From: Lytechinus pictus
Taxonomy: Eukaryota
Length of the DNA: 64,000 nucleotides
Direction: 5' to 3'
Assembly (NCBI RefSeq): GCF_037042905.1
Contig: NC_087246.1
Span: 68,200,001-68,264,000 of the forward strand
Shown: positions 49,540-63,300 of the stretch, piece by piece
Layout: each line of letters starts with the position of its first letter
Position numbering within the stretch: position 1 is the first letter of the stretch
Notes under the pieces: model-generated
Database searches by the model: none
Told to the model about the DNA's origin: nothing
Seen by the model: the letters and a program-made list of their open reading frames with translations, nothing else
Program-made: the position numbers and the translations under genes

Positions 49540-50196
49540 ATAAATCAAGAAAAATGATGATTTGAATCGATAGAGAAAAAAATCAAACAAGCATATCGCT
49601 GAAAATTTCATCAAAGTTGGATGTAAACTTGTTGTTGTTGATTTGGTTTTTAACGGCGCTTTCCTTCAAAAAAAAATATATGCGCCAAAAACTAAGAAAG
49701 ATATGACATTTTGAAGTTTCCCTTGTTTTTCACAAAATAGTTATATGCTGAACTCAATGATATGCAAATGAGAGAGTCGATGATGTCCCTCACTCACTAT
49801 TCTTTTGTTTTTATCGTTTTAATTATACAATACTTCAATTTTTTACAGATTTGGCAATTAATTATACACTTTTAATAATGGTAATTCTACATGTTCAGGG
49901 AGGAATTAAAATTTTATGTCATTGAGGAGAAAATTTGAATTTTTCATATTTCATAATTATAATGAAATACAAAAAGAAATAGTGAGTGGGTGACGTCATC
50001 AGTCTATCATTATTTTGTATGCCGACCATCAAGATGTGCATAACTGTTTTGTGAAATTAAACAAAACTTTAAAAAGTCCTAACTTTTCAGTATTTGACAT
50101 CCAATTTTGATGAAATTTTCAGTGTTATGCTTGTTGGATATTAATTTCTCCTTTTATTCAAATCAACCTTTTTGTTGTGATAGACTTGTCCTTTAA
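49540..50196. mobile_element. Kolobok-like MITE (left end degenerate)
   Basis: Same internal sequence as 19355-19907; ends GACTTGTCCTTTAA. Confidence 0.7.
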
Positions 50197-51052
50197 GTAA
50201 ATAATCATTGTACTTTTCTCTTTTTATTAATAGAAAGGGAAAGGGGATATTTTAGTACGAAAATACATTACTTGTCTGTCTATAATCTCTTTTCAGCTTA
50301 ATCCTTTAAGCCAAATTACTATGAGCGGATCAGGGGAGACAAAGCGGTCGAGCATACCCCCTAATGCACAAAAATAAGAAGGAAAAAAAAGAGATAAGAG
50401 GATGATGCCGGGGTCTGAGATGATGAAAGGTGAATGAAACAAGTGGGGGATTGGTTGGAAAAAAAAAATATGAATAAAACTTTCAGGTCATATAAAACTG
50501 AAACTAAAAATCTGCTCAAGAGTATGCTGTACCGTGTTTACAAGTCAATATGAACAAAATTATTCTGCTCGGGATTCGAGTTTGCATTCTATTTTTTCAG
50601 CGAGTTATTCATCTTGTTCATGATTACAAAAATTGCAAATTACAAATATGATTCAGCTCACGCTACGAGCTCGCTTAGCGAGATACATACCTTCTTCATG
50701 AAATCCCAGAAACAATCATTGGAATGCCCCCTTTTCAGGCTATATTATAGGCATGGGTGTCGATCGGCATTCTTGGTTGGGGGGGATGATTGACACAAAA
50801 GTTCTTGTGGATGGGGATCTTTCAACATTACCCCCACTAAAATCACAAGTTAGGACATTTTGGAGTAATTGATATGCATGGTGTTCTTGAAAATTCCTTC
50901 ATTGTTGTAGTGTACTGTACTTATATATTTTTTTTTTGAAAATTCAATTTGTGTTACAAGTAAGCCTATTCTAAACTCATACGAAAGAAAAAATGACACA
51001 AATTGTCTGGACCATGTGCATAGTGATCTGTTTATTGAGCATGATGTATACA

Positions 51053-53928
51053 CAGGGGCGTCGATCCATTTTTCAGATGGGGGGGGGGGCAAAATCATGA
51101 ATCAACGTTCCAAAGGCGCTCGATCATACAAAACGAACAAACTCACCCACACACCCCTACACCCCCCACCCTCACCAACAATGCGAGCGCGAAGCGCGAG
51201 CTGAAATTTTTTAGTATGACATGAAAACAGGAAAAATGTACCTGTGTAGGTTTGTTTGTAGTAACTCATGAGGAGCATAAATAGATGTATCTCACTAGAG
51301 AGCGAGCTAAAATTTCTTTATATTCTGACGTGAAAGCTTGATATTCTAAGCATTTTTGGTACCAATGATTAAGATGGGTATAATATACACAACAAAAAAA
51401 GTAAGTCCCCCCTAAATCAAATTGCTGTAACTTTTGAACCGAGTTATTTTGAGATATGATATTTCGTAGGTGGTTTTCTACACTCATTAAGCAACTCCCG
51501 GTGAAAATGAGATTGATCGGTTGAGTCATGCATGAGTAATTAAAGATTGAATTAAAAATGACAATTTTTGAAAGTCACAAGAGTCGTTTTTCAGATTGTG
51601 CAAATACAAAGTTGGGCAAAAGTTGTTTTAGGTGAATTTTATGGTGTTATGCTGTTTTACTATCCATCATTTAGCCACTCCACACACAATTTTGATATCG
51701 TATGTTCATGGTTGAGTGAGCACAATATCGCAGGGGCCGCGGAAGCGGGGTGGGGGCCCACTTTTTTCCAAAAGCATGTACAAAAGTGTAAAAATTACCA
51801 TACGATTGTAATTTTTTGCATGGTCAGCCCCCACCCCCCACCTTTGGCTCAGCCCCTCCCCCACACTTTGAAAACCGTTCCGCGGCCCCTGTATTGTGAC
51901 GTATCATCAAAGGGGTTTTTGGTAGTATCCTCTACAACTTGTTAGGTCATATTACAATTTGAAAATGTTGGTGGCTCCCCCGATTATAAGCCCCTCCCCA
52001 ATTTTTTAATTCTGGACCCACCACTGATTTGTCCATAAATTAAACTGATCATGAGAAATTGTTAGGAACAGAATACATTTATGCAGTATAAAGAGTATTC
52101 ATTCCTAAGTTTTCGAATGTGCTCGCTTAACCATGAAAATGTTAAAAGTTCGGAAAGTGTGTGGTGATAGAAATGATGGATGATAAAAACAACAGTAATT
52201 AAAGTCACATTTGAAACCGAATTTACCCCCAATATTCACCTTATTACCCTTTAAAATGAGTCTGTGACATTGAAAATACAAATTTTCCCACTTTTATGCG
52301 TGCTCACTCATCCGTAAATGAACAAATCGATTTCATTTTTGCACAGAATTCTGCCCATAGGTTGATAAACATTACTGCCAAGTGACATTGCTAAAGACAG
52401 CCTTGAAAAAAAGTTCCACCATATTGAATAAGGGGTTACTTATTTTTAAACATATGCACCCATAATGTACACAAGTCTATGAGAGAGGAAGTCAAACTTT
52501 TAACAAAAATGAATTAAGGGGTTTGTTTCATGGACGGTTTTTGTTACTTCTGCCAACAGTTATTTCATGAAACTTCGCACATGGCTTAAGAGTAACACTA
52601 TTCAAAAGGTGCGCACACCAAAATAACAATTCGATACGGCACAGAGTGGGGCCAAGTCCTTGAACTTTCTTCTCATTTGCATAATTTTTTAATATTGTGT
52701 GCTTACTGATGCATTAAACATCGGGATTTTCATAGAAATCAAATCAAATGAACCATGCAAGGAGGTGTGTGACAGATATCCATAGTTACAAATTGCATTT
52801 TTTCCAATAACGTAAAAAAGAGCTCATCACATTCCACATGTTCATTTAAGCGTGAATGCTTAATTAAACGCCTTTGAATCATTGAAGCGTGTTAACTGGT
52901 CATGAACATAACGAAAAAGTTGATAAAAGATCAGTTTCAGTTACCAAAATGAAACAATACTTGCCTATGATATTTGAAAACCGTATTTTTTGTTTTCAAT
53001 AAATGTTCATTGAACCGTGAAACGATTAATATTGTTGAAGATACTCTTCCCCAAAATAACTGTCATCATATTCTATCATTTTTATTGATGAAAATGTGTA
53101 AAAAAAATCAAATTATAGCAAATTTGGACTTGTGTTTATTCAACCGTGAAATTTAGCCAAAAAAATGTTTCGTCTTTTAGAAAGTACCTTTTACAAGCCT
53201 TCTGACTATTTTTCATGATGAGAATGTGGAATCAGTTCCAATAAAATGGAATCAAAGTCATGATTTTTGGCTTGTGACTTTTGAAAAGTGACATTTTTGC
53301 CTTCTGACGGTGCTCACTGAAGCATGACGTAAAATACATCCATAACATTTACTCAGAGGGTAGCTTATAAAATTACCTACACGCTCATGTAAAAATATAT
53401 CAAAAACTCGTATTGGTTCGGAAATTATTGATGTTTGTTCAAGGGGGGACTTACTTTTTTTGTTGTGTATAGATGCGAGCGCAAAGCGCCAGCTGAAAAT
53501 TTTGATATTTCGATCTGGAAAAAAAGACAGTTTAATGGACGCTTTTAATAAAGAACAAGATATATATCCAACAAAAAATTATTGCAAATCGAAGCGGGAG
53601 TTCTTTTGAGGTATAGAACTGAAAACGGGACACTCTATTCACCTATTTAATCATGAAAAGTATGGGGTTTTGGTACAGAAATGATGCGAGCGCGAAGCGC
53701 GAGCTGAAAAATTTTATATTCCAATCTGAAAAGCAGACATTTTGAGTACGATTTTAAATCAAAATCGAGTTGGAATCTCAATCTCGCTTGCTGCTGGTTT
53801 CAGTGTAGCATTACAATCTTATTTTTTAGTTGCACATGCGGAATTATTGGGAGGGGGCAAAACGATATGTTCCCCCAAAATATTTTCATTGGTGGGGTGA
53901 TCGCCCCCCCCCCGGATCGACGCCTCTG
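51053..53928. mobile_element. hAT-like non-autonomous element containing nested insertions
   Basis: TIRs CAGGGGCGTCGATCC/GGATCGACGCCTCTG; 8-bp TSD TGTATACA. Confidence 0.85.
51388..53467. mobile_element. TA-flanked non-autonomous DNA transposon
   Basis: TA|CACAACAAAAAAAGTAAGTCCCCCC...GGGGGGACTTACTTTTTTTGTTGTG|TA; no transposase ORF. Confidence 0.8.
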
Positions 53929-54632
53929 TGTATACAACTTCTCTCTTAAATCTTACCCGACTGGCAATATCTTTTTTCTTAATGCATGATGATAACATGC
54001 AGATTCGGACCAATAATCTTATTAAGACTAGCACAAATGACAAACTGTGTGGCTTCTCGTGCGCCATCGGGCTTACCGTCATTCCATAGAGCTATTACTG
54101 TATGTAATAGCTGTATGGTCATTCCTTAGACGATTTATCTTGCCACCCTTTTACTCCCGTTTATTGTCCACCCTTTTGAATTACTCATTGATGTATTAAA
54201 ATCAATTTATTCACCACTGGTGGGATGGAACACCCTATCCACAAAAGTTGTTTTTCGTTGGGGTCCTTTTATGTCATGTGTTAAAAATATCATATACAAA
54301 AACATTTCACTCTTTTTCATCTTGAACCTCCACCCATCTGTTTAATAGTCCTGAAAAAGAATGTTTTATTTAATAACAATATACACAAATTGCGAAGGAA
54401 ACAAACTGATTGATGGCATAATCATCACTATAATCATCATGATCAAACTTTTCATTTTTTCATCATCATTATTATAATTTGTCTACCCTAAATTATTGGG
54501 GGGGATGATAATACAGGCCACCCCCCCCCCCACTTGAAATATTGGGGGGGATATATCCCCCCCATCCCCCCCGTGATCGACACCCATGAATTTATAGGTC
54601 CAATATCTTCAGCGCATTGCATTTACATTAAT

Positions 54633-56741
54633 TGTTAAGTTATACGCATCCGAGTGTTAATGATTACAAATTGAGCTTAAATATCCCGTTTTAGGTCTAA
54701 ATGACCCCCCCCCAAAAAAAAAGTTCTTCCAACTCGTATTACGATATACATTTTTTTGTTTTTAAGAATAAAGTTAAGATGCCTGGCCTGTACTTTTTTT
54801 TTAGTTAGGACTACACCCGCATTATAACAGCAAAAATCAGTTTTTATAGCAGTCACGATCTTGAAAAATTTGGATGAAAATATTTTCGGCCTCCATGTCC
54901 CTATTGGCGACAGCTGGATCCGCCATAAAGGCATGCCTAACTGACATTCATATTGCGGTGCGTGCACATTCGAAAATAAAACAGCGGGAATTAACATATT
55001 CCTAAAACGTCAATAGGCCTATTATCATGATTATAAGGGAGGGTAATGACCATTGAGACTTAGGCCTATTTTTATGCTGAGATTTTGTGTTTTTAGAGCA
55101 CTTAATTTTGTTTCTCATGCCCCCCCCCTCCCCTTGGCAGTTGGGGGGTAAATACCTTTTTCTTCTTCCGCTTTTGGCGCAAGTGACTTCATCCCATTAT
55201 ATGCACTCTCTCGATCCAAAACAATATATACGTTTACAAAAACCTACTGCTTTCGACGTAATTTTCCTCTTACCCACGGCCAACGTTTCAATTTCTCACT
55301 CTTTCTCATTTTGACCCTCTTTCTCCCTCGCCTGTTAAGTTATACGCATCCGAGTGTTAATGATTACAAATTGAGCTTAAATATCCCGTTTTAGGTCTAA
55401 ATGACCCCCCCCCAAAAAAAAAAAGTTCTTCCAACTCGTATTACGATATACATTTTTTTGTTTTTAAGAATAAAGTTAAGATGCCTGGCCTGTACTTTTT
55501 TTTTTAGTTAGGACTACACCCGCATTATAACAGCAAAAATCAGTTTTTATAGCAGTCACGATCTTGAAAAATTTGGATGAAAATATTTTCGGCCTCCATG
55601 TCCCTATTGGCGACAGCTGGATCCGCCATAAAGGCATGCCTAACTGACATTCATATTGCGGTGCGTGCACATTCGAAAATAAAACAGCGGGAATTAACAT
55701 ATTCCTAAAACGTCAATAGGCCTATTATCATGATTATAAGGGAGGGTAATGACCATTGAGACTTAGGCCTATTTTTATGCTGAGATTTTGTGTTTTTAGA
55801 GCACTTAATTTTGTTTCTCATGCCCCCCCCCCCTCCCCTTGGCAGTTGGGGGGTAAATACCTTTTTCTTCTTCCGCTTTTGGCGCAAGTGACTTCATCCC
55901 ATTATATGCACTCTCTCGATCCAAAACAATATATACGTTTACAAAAACCTACTGCTTTCGACGTAATTTTCCTCTTACCCACGGCCAACGTTTCAATTTC
56001 TCACTCTTTCTCATTTTGACCCTCTTTCTCCCTCGCCTGTTAAGTTATACGCATCCGAGTGTTAATGATTACAAATTGAGCTTAAATATCCCGTTTTAGG
56101 TCTAAATGACCCCCCCCCCAAAAAAAAAAAAGTTCTTCCAACTCGTATTACGATATACATTTTTTTGTTTTTAAGAATAAAGTTAAGATGCCTGGCCTGT
56201 ACTTTTTTTTTTAGTTAGGACTACACCCGCATTATAACAGCAAAAATCAGTTTTTATAGCAGTCACGATCTTGAAAAATTTGGATGAAAATATTTTCGGC
56301 CTCCATGTCCCTATTGGCGACAGCTGGATCCGCCATAAAGGCATGCCTAACTGACATTCATATTGCGGTGCGTGCACATTCGAAAATAAAACAGCGGGAA
56401 TTAACATATTCCTAAAACGTCAATAGGCCTATTATCATGATTATAAGGGAGGGTAATGACCATTGAGACTTAGGCCTATTTTTATGCTGAGATTTTGTGT
56501 TTTTAGAGCACTTAATTTTGTTTCTCATGCCCCCCCCTCCCCTTGGCAGTTGGGGGGTAAATACCTTTTTCTTCTTCCGCTTTTGGCGCAAGTGACTTCA
56601 TCCCATTATATGCACTCTCTCGATCCAAAACAATATATACGTTTACAAAAACCTACTGCTTTCGACGTAATTTTCCTCTTACCCACGGCCAACGTTTCAA
56701 TTTCTCACTCTTTCTCATTTTGACCCTCTTTCTCCCTCGCC
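54633..56741. repeat. Tandem triplication of a ~700-bp unit
   Basis: Units start TGTTAAGTTATACGCATCC at 54633, 55333, 56038 (700/705/704 bp); they appear to differ only in homopolymer lengths. Confidence 0.95.
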
Positions 56742-56799
56742 TTTCCTTTTTTTTTCTCATGTCGTTCATGAAACGGTAATTTTCGAGCTCAGTATAAAG

Positions 56800-57110
56800 T
56801 CATGGCCACGCCCATTGTCTTCGGAGATTCCAAATTTATTGGGGGAATCCCCTGTTTATTTTTAAAGTGCGCCATCTTTCTCGTGGTTGGAATGCGGAAA
56901 TAACATTACATGGGCATTTGCTGCAGATTGCCTGTATTGTTTCCACCTTTTTGTATTGTTCTCATTGGCCGATACGTGTGCGCTTCGAGTTTCTTCCTTG
57001 GTTTCTTCCCATAATATCATGCGAACGTATAGCTGCTGAGTCTGAGCTGACATAGTATTCCAGTCATTGGCTTTCCACAGTGCAGATACTGACTGAGTAA
57101 CTAAAATTAG
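56800..57110 (+). promoter_or_regulatory. CYBA proximal promoter with NF-kB site
   Basis: GGGGAATCCCC at 56842-56852, CCACGCCC ~56807, two ATTGG (inverse CCAAT) boxes, 200-460 bp upstream of ATG. Confidence 0.5.
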
Positions 57111-57269
57111 AGTCAATACCAAAGAGCCCCAAGCTGTTGCGTGTTGCCTGTTGGTGAGAGTCTCTTCTTAGCAAACTTGGCTTACTGCAGAATACGGCCG
57201 CAGGTCTTGGACTTGGATTTTTTTGGAGTTTCTTTAATCGGAGTAAATTGAACTAATTTGATCACAACT

Positions 57270-57342
57270 ATGCCGGAGGAGAAGATGATGACCAACGAAT
57301 GGGCGATGTGGGCGAATGAGCATGCTTTCGTCAGTGCAGTTG
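57270..57342 (+). CDS. CYBA: CYBA exon 1
   Basis: EWAMWANE motif; donor G|GTAAGT. Start may instead be one of the downstream in-frame ATGs. Confidence 0.9.
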
Positions 57343-60300
57343 GTAAGTAGAGTGTAACTTTTTTAGACCCAAATCTAGGCTATCTAGAATCTTCTTCCAT
57401 TGAGTACAGTCCTCGATCTTTACAGAGTACCGGTATTACTATACAAATAATACAGTAGTTGTACTTTACTGAGGACGCAATCACAAAAACACATGACATT
57501 TGGTGCAGTTGAACAAAACTAAACTAAAGTACAAGTAAAGATTTAGCTGGTCACTTGTTCACTGCAAACACTGGCACCTGAACACACACTTAAAAAAAAA
57601 ATCTTTAAAATATCACTTTTGTAACCAAAAATACTTATTTCCATACACAGTTGTGATTATTAGTCATAATCATGATATCGTTAGTTGGTCTTGGGCAGGG
57701 AATCATGTTTTATGTTGCATGCCAATGGCCCATTTCTCAACACCATCATAAACTTCTTGGCTAAATTGGAGATACATGTAGAGGTCGAGCGCTTTACTTG
57801 ATTTGCTTGTACACTTTGCTTGTTACGCTTTGCCTTTTACAATTTGCCAGGCACTAAAATCTAGCTAGAGCACTTTACCAAGCAATCATCAAATTGGCCA
57901 CAAATAAGCCTACTTATAAGTACTTGAGATATGAAAAAATGTATAGCAATGCCAAGGTAAAGAATTTCTAAAGAGCAGAGGTATAAAGGCCATTTTAATA
58001 ACTCTTGATTCTGCCGACAATTGCTTGTGGTTGGTTGTCAGACTCGGCGTCAGATAAAAGCTACACACTGTCTGAATGGGTTTTATAATTTGATAAAAGT
58101 ATACTGTTGATTTGACTATAAATTAATGGTCCTGCAGATTTTGTGGTGGCTGGGCAGTGGGCATAACAAAGTTTGCCCAATTTGTTAACCTGTAAACCAG
58201 TCATATAAATTGTCAAGGTTGGAACTCATATCTTATTAGTAGTACAATACATCACAAAATGGAATCTCAGCAACAGTTTGCTGTCTGTAGGATTCTTATT
58301 TTGACACTTGTTTTCCTTGTATAGTAAAGTCATTAACAGTTCCAGCTTTGGTATTTACTTCAGCTTTGTAAACATTCTTGCTTCTGTTGTCATCATTTCC
58401 ATTTGACTTCTTCTCTTGTCTTTCTTTTCCTATTCAGATGTGTTCATTCTTCACATTCTCACATCTGATTCTTTTGTTCAACATTCTTATACATGTACAA
58501 TCATCCCAACATTTTATTCATCTCCATCCACCATCTCTTATTGGTTATTGAATAGGACTCCTACACTTTTAATTGGCTCCTCCATTATTTTCATTTTCAT
58601 TGGTTAAATATGATTTAACTTTTACGTAGGCAAAGTAGCCATCGTTATAAATCAGTGCATTACCATACTCCATTGAGTTCAGTGCTATTATGTTGTGTGG
58701 ATTTCTTATCAAATCTGTAGTTCATTACATATTTGACAAGCTTGGACAAGCCAAGGCAAGCATTGGTAAATCTCATGCCCCTTTTCAACTGAAAAAAATA
58801 TGAAAAGTATGATGGAGGTCGGAGGAGCTGCATGAAACACTGCTCATCAGTTGTTAATGATGGAACTAGCAGACATAAATCCTTTGCCATTGCAGTCATA
58901 TATTTTATGCCATTGTGTTGCATATAGGCTCTTGATATCACATTTCTCTGATACAGTACCGGTATTCGAATTGCACACGAGCCAAATATTTTGGTACAGG
59001 CAAAAGCACATTATAGAACCGAACATTAATATTTTGTAATCTTATGACTCAATATTATCATGTGTGGCAGAGTGATGATTATAATCTGTTAAATATAAAG
59101 AGTATAATTGGAGTAACATGGCATCCAAAAACATTTCTCATGGTTTTTTTTTCCATTTCAGTAATGCTGATGGGTGGAATAGTTGGAGTGTTTGGATTTG
59201 ATGGAGCAGCATTTGCCTACTACACTATGTATCCTTTCATCCTGATATGCGCATAAAGTTCTTCTTCTTTGTAATACACTGTAGCTGTGATGTAAAAAGT
59301 CAGAAATAGGTTATTACATTTAATTAGTTCACAGTTCCATGGTTTGCATCCTTGCTTATTTTCATCTAAACAACCTTTTAGATGCCAATCCTACACTTAC
59401 AAAAAGGTATGTTTCAAAACATCATTTCTCCAGAGTCAGTTTTCTTCTGGGGGGATATAAACAAGACCACGGTTATAAATGCGTTTGATGTCATTTGTTA
59501 CAGGCTTCCAGTTTGATGAAATTCCATGCGCAAAATGCCGCAAATAAAGTCGCATTGGTTCAATAGGGAGTTATCTCCCAACTTTTTGGTTCTGATAAAG
59601 GCCAACAATTGCATGTGATTATTGAATTAATACTTATTATTAATACTAAAACTTGTGCGGAGCGTGAGTTACTGTATGATGAGGAGACATTGCTGAGTCA
59701 TTAGCACAAAGAAAACCATAACTGATGTATTACTATTTTCTTGTTACTTTAAATGTACTTTATTCTGTCTTTCATTTATCCTCACCATGATGGAAATTCT
59801 ATGGCTATGCCACGTAGCCCCATGATATTACTAAAAGATTGGACATTGTTCGATATCAAAATAATAGTCGACCATAACAACACTTGGAACAAACATTTTG
59901 AAAATTTGCACCCAATTTGACCTAGCTTTCCTGCTCAACAGAAATTATGATGCGAAGCCAGCTGCAGATCGTAATTTGGCCTCAGCAAATATAAGCATAA
60001 ACATCACTCCCAAGACCCTGTTTGTGAATGTGATTGTCCTGATGAAAAAAACGTTTGAAAACACCGATTCTGTTTTTGCAATGGAAGCATTAAAAGACCC
60101 TTAATCAGCAAATGGTTTTAATAGTTTTTTATGATAAAACAACATGAACACAAAGAAAAGAATTGTTTGTGGTTTTGCAAAAATCTATTCATGCTAAATC
60201 TTAAAGCTTTAATTAAGACTGTAACAAACTAAAGAACTTTTTTAATAAGATAAGTGGGAATAAATTGATTGAAATCACATTCACAAGGCAGTTTTCCAGT

Positions 60301-63300
60301 AGACATGATATGTTCCATAGCCTCAGTGTAGATAAATTCTATACTAAACTTTAATTCTAGTTTTGTAGAGAATTTGATTTGAAAGAGTAGCCTACTCCAG
60401 GTTGAAAGTACATCCATAGGTTAAAATTCACCAACTAAAACATTGAAAGTTTCATCAAAATCTGTTAACAATGAAGAAAGTAATTGAATGTAAAGTTAAG
60501 TAATATTTTGTGAAAACAATTATATTTACATCATCATGAATATTCATTAGGTTGGCTGATGATTGTCAACTTATTTTCACATCCCTACTTTCCCTTTTCG
60601 TACATTACATGAAATCATAATTTTATCATATTTTCATATTTGTGTATTATGCATGTATGTCTCCAATTTTGTAACAAAATAAATGCAGCAATGAATATTT
60701 CACACATTCAATACGGAATTCGAATGAATATAATTTCATATAATGTACATATAGGCCTACATGTAATACGAAAGAATAAGTGGGGATATGACACCATCAG
60801 CTTGCTCATTGCATATTCATTAAAACATGCAGAGAACTGTCTCAACCGATTAATGATAAAACTTGAAAATATCATGTTTTGTTATTCCTTGTCTGATTTT
60901 AACAAAATTTCCATTATTTTGTCTGTCTGATTTTACCTAAATCTGTTCCATTTAATTCCATAAATGTTATGATATTTCAGGCTTACACCCAGAATATGTA
61001 TTTTTTTAGGGGAATCTTTTTTTTTATTCTCATAAATATGGGATCCAGTCAATCATTCCTTGAAATTAATGATATTTTGTTGTATTTTGGGGATGAAATT
61101 TCTGAATTTCCATCAAATGTGTTATAATCCGATATTGAAACCTTTTACAGTACATGTACAACTTCCTGGTAATTCTGTGATACTGAAACCTCTCACAGCA
61201 GAGAAGAAAAAAATAACATTTGGTAAAGATTCCACAAAGACAACTCATTTTGTTTTGTAAAAGTATAGCATTATTTCCTGGTTCTGTGATTACCAGAAAT
61301 GCCTACTGGATACAGTGATACATTATACATGTATATACACCAATGCCCTGTCACTGCTGTCAGGAAATGATTGGGCTATTTTGATATTGGTCTGAGGAAA
61401 TTAGAGCAGATAGAATTTACATTGTCCATTGGGTAAATGAATGTTTGCACGTATACATGATGGCAGAGATTCTGCACAATTATTATTAAAGCATGATTTT
61501 GTGTGTGTGTTTTCCAAATTATGAAATAAAAATAAAGAAAGATAAATTGATAAAAATGGGTATTCATTAATTGTGGCAAAATATTGATTTCGATGATAAA
61601 TGGAGGTATCAAATTAGGAAATGAATGATGTACATATATCTGCAAAAAATGTCAAGTTTGTTTTGGGCTCCAGTAAATTGTACTATGTACACCTTTAATA
61701 ATATCCTATTCCTGTGTCATTATAGGCCTTGAATTTTAATATTTTTAGGGAAGGTCTCTCCTCTACTTTTAAAACTACATGTAACTGCACATCCTACATG
61801 TATATTGAAGCATATAAAAAATAGAAAGTGGCAAATAATTTCCAAAGCCATCGAGGTCAGTGCAATGACATTTATGAGCATAATCTTTGATAGCTTGAGA
61901 TTGATTTAAGCTTTATTACTGTAAAGATGCAATTCTTTAGGCAAATGCCTGTCGTCAGGCTCTGACAACCTCCCATTTCAGGCTTTATATTGTATTTTTT
62001 TAATATGAATTAAATGTGCCTTTAACCACTGTACAGCATGGGCTTGTAAACTCTAATCCACTCTAACAGACATTGTGATATATATATAACTTGTTTCAAA
62101 TGTTAGGTGCAGGAAAATATTTCACACATTGGATGAATAAAACCATTCTAAAAAAGAAATATTTTTTCTAATGTTGTGAAAAAAATTGTAAAGTTTTTGC
62201 CTGCAGAATCTTCATTTGTAGGAGTGTGGTCACAATCGTTTGGTGATGTGTTTTTTTCTTCAAATTCTACTGATCCTTGACTAATTAACATCAGAGTTGC
62301 CAGTGTACTTGTTATCATTATTGAATACCCTAGAGGAATGAGGAGAAAGGGAAGTACAGTTGAAAGAAGGTAAATATGATTCTAGAAATAAAAATTCTTA
62401 ATGTGATATTTTTACAAGATTTGTTCATTTCAGAGTCTCAGACAGGTCACAATAATGTACATTTCTTTTACAATAACCAAGAAGGAATATATTTGAAGAT
62501 TACTCATAGTTTTCATTGAAAAAGAACAGAAAATCCATAACAGCTTGTTAAAGTGTTTTACTAATTAATATACATACAGGGTGTATACGTAGTTGTGAGT
62601 AAAATTTATCAACAAGTCTTCTCCAGTACCTTTCCTTCCCTTATCCTTTCTTCCCCACCTCCCTTCTCCCGTCTCCCTCCTGGCTTCCTCCTCCTGGCTT
62701 CCTCCTCCTTGCTCCCTCCTCTCGTCTCCCTCCTCTCGTCTCCCTCCTCCTTGCTCCCTCCTCCTTGCTCCCTCCTCCTTGCTCCATCCTCCTGGCTCCC
62801 TCCTTGCTACATCTCCACTTCCTTCCCATTCATTGTCCCCCCCCCCCTTTCCCCCATTTTCTTTCCTCCTGTGCATGTCCACATATTCTCTCCCCCCTCT
62901 CTCACCTATCTCTCCACCCCCTTGCCCCCTCACTCTCCCACTCCCTTACCCTCCCCTCTTTGCTCCCCTGGTCATCCCTTTCTGTCTTCTCTTCTTCCAC
63001 TCCCTTCCCCTTCTCTCTCCACTCCTACCATTACCACTCTTCTCACTCTCTCTTATCTACTTTTGATCTTCTAGAAATGGCATGTAATTGTGTTTTGACT
63101 TGATGATACTCTGTACCTTGCACATGTAGAACTTTGTAGAAATAATCCAGATATAGTAACTAGTCAATTCAAGTTAAAGTGGAATTTCTGTGCAATGTGC
63201 TGGCAGAGTGACAGTGCATGCTTGATGAAGACTTGAAAAAGTTTATATCTTTTGAGGTTGTGTTTAACTCTACTTTCTATTCTGCATTATATTCCATAGA

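Noticed and set aside
54677-56723. Repeated ORFs (MLIPAVLFS..., MRLRPIFML...)
   Set aside because: By-products of the tandem triplication; frames shift with homopolymer length; no recognisable protein.
62565-63103. P/L/S-rich and G/R/E-rich ORFs
   Set aside because: Low-complexity tract inside CYBA intron 3.
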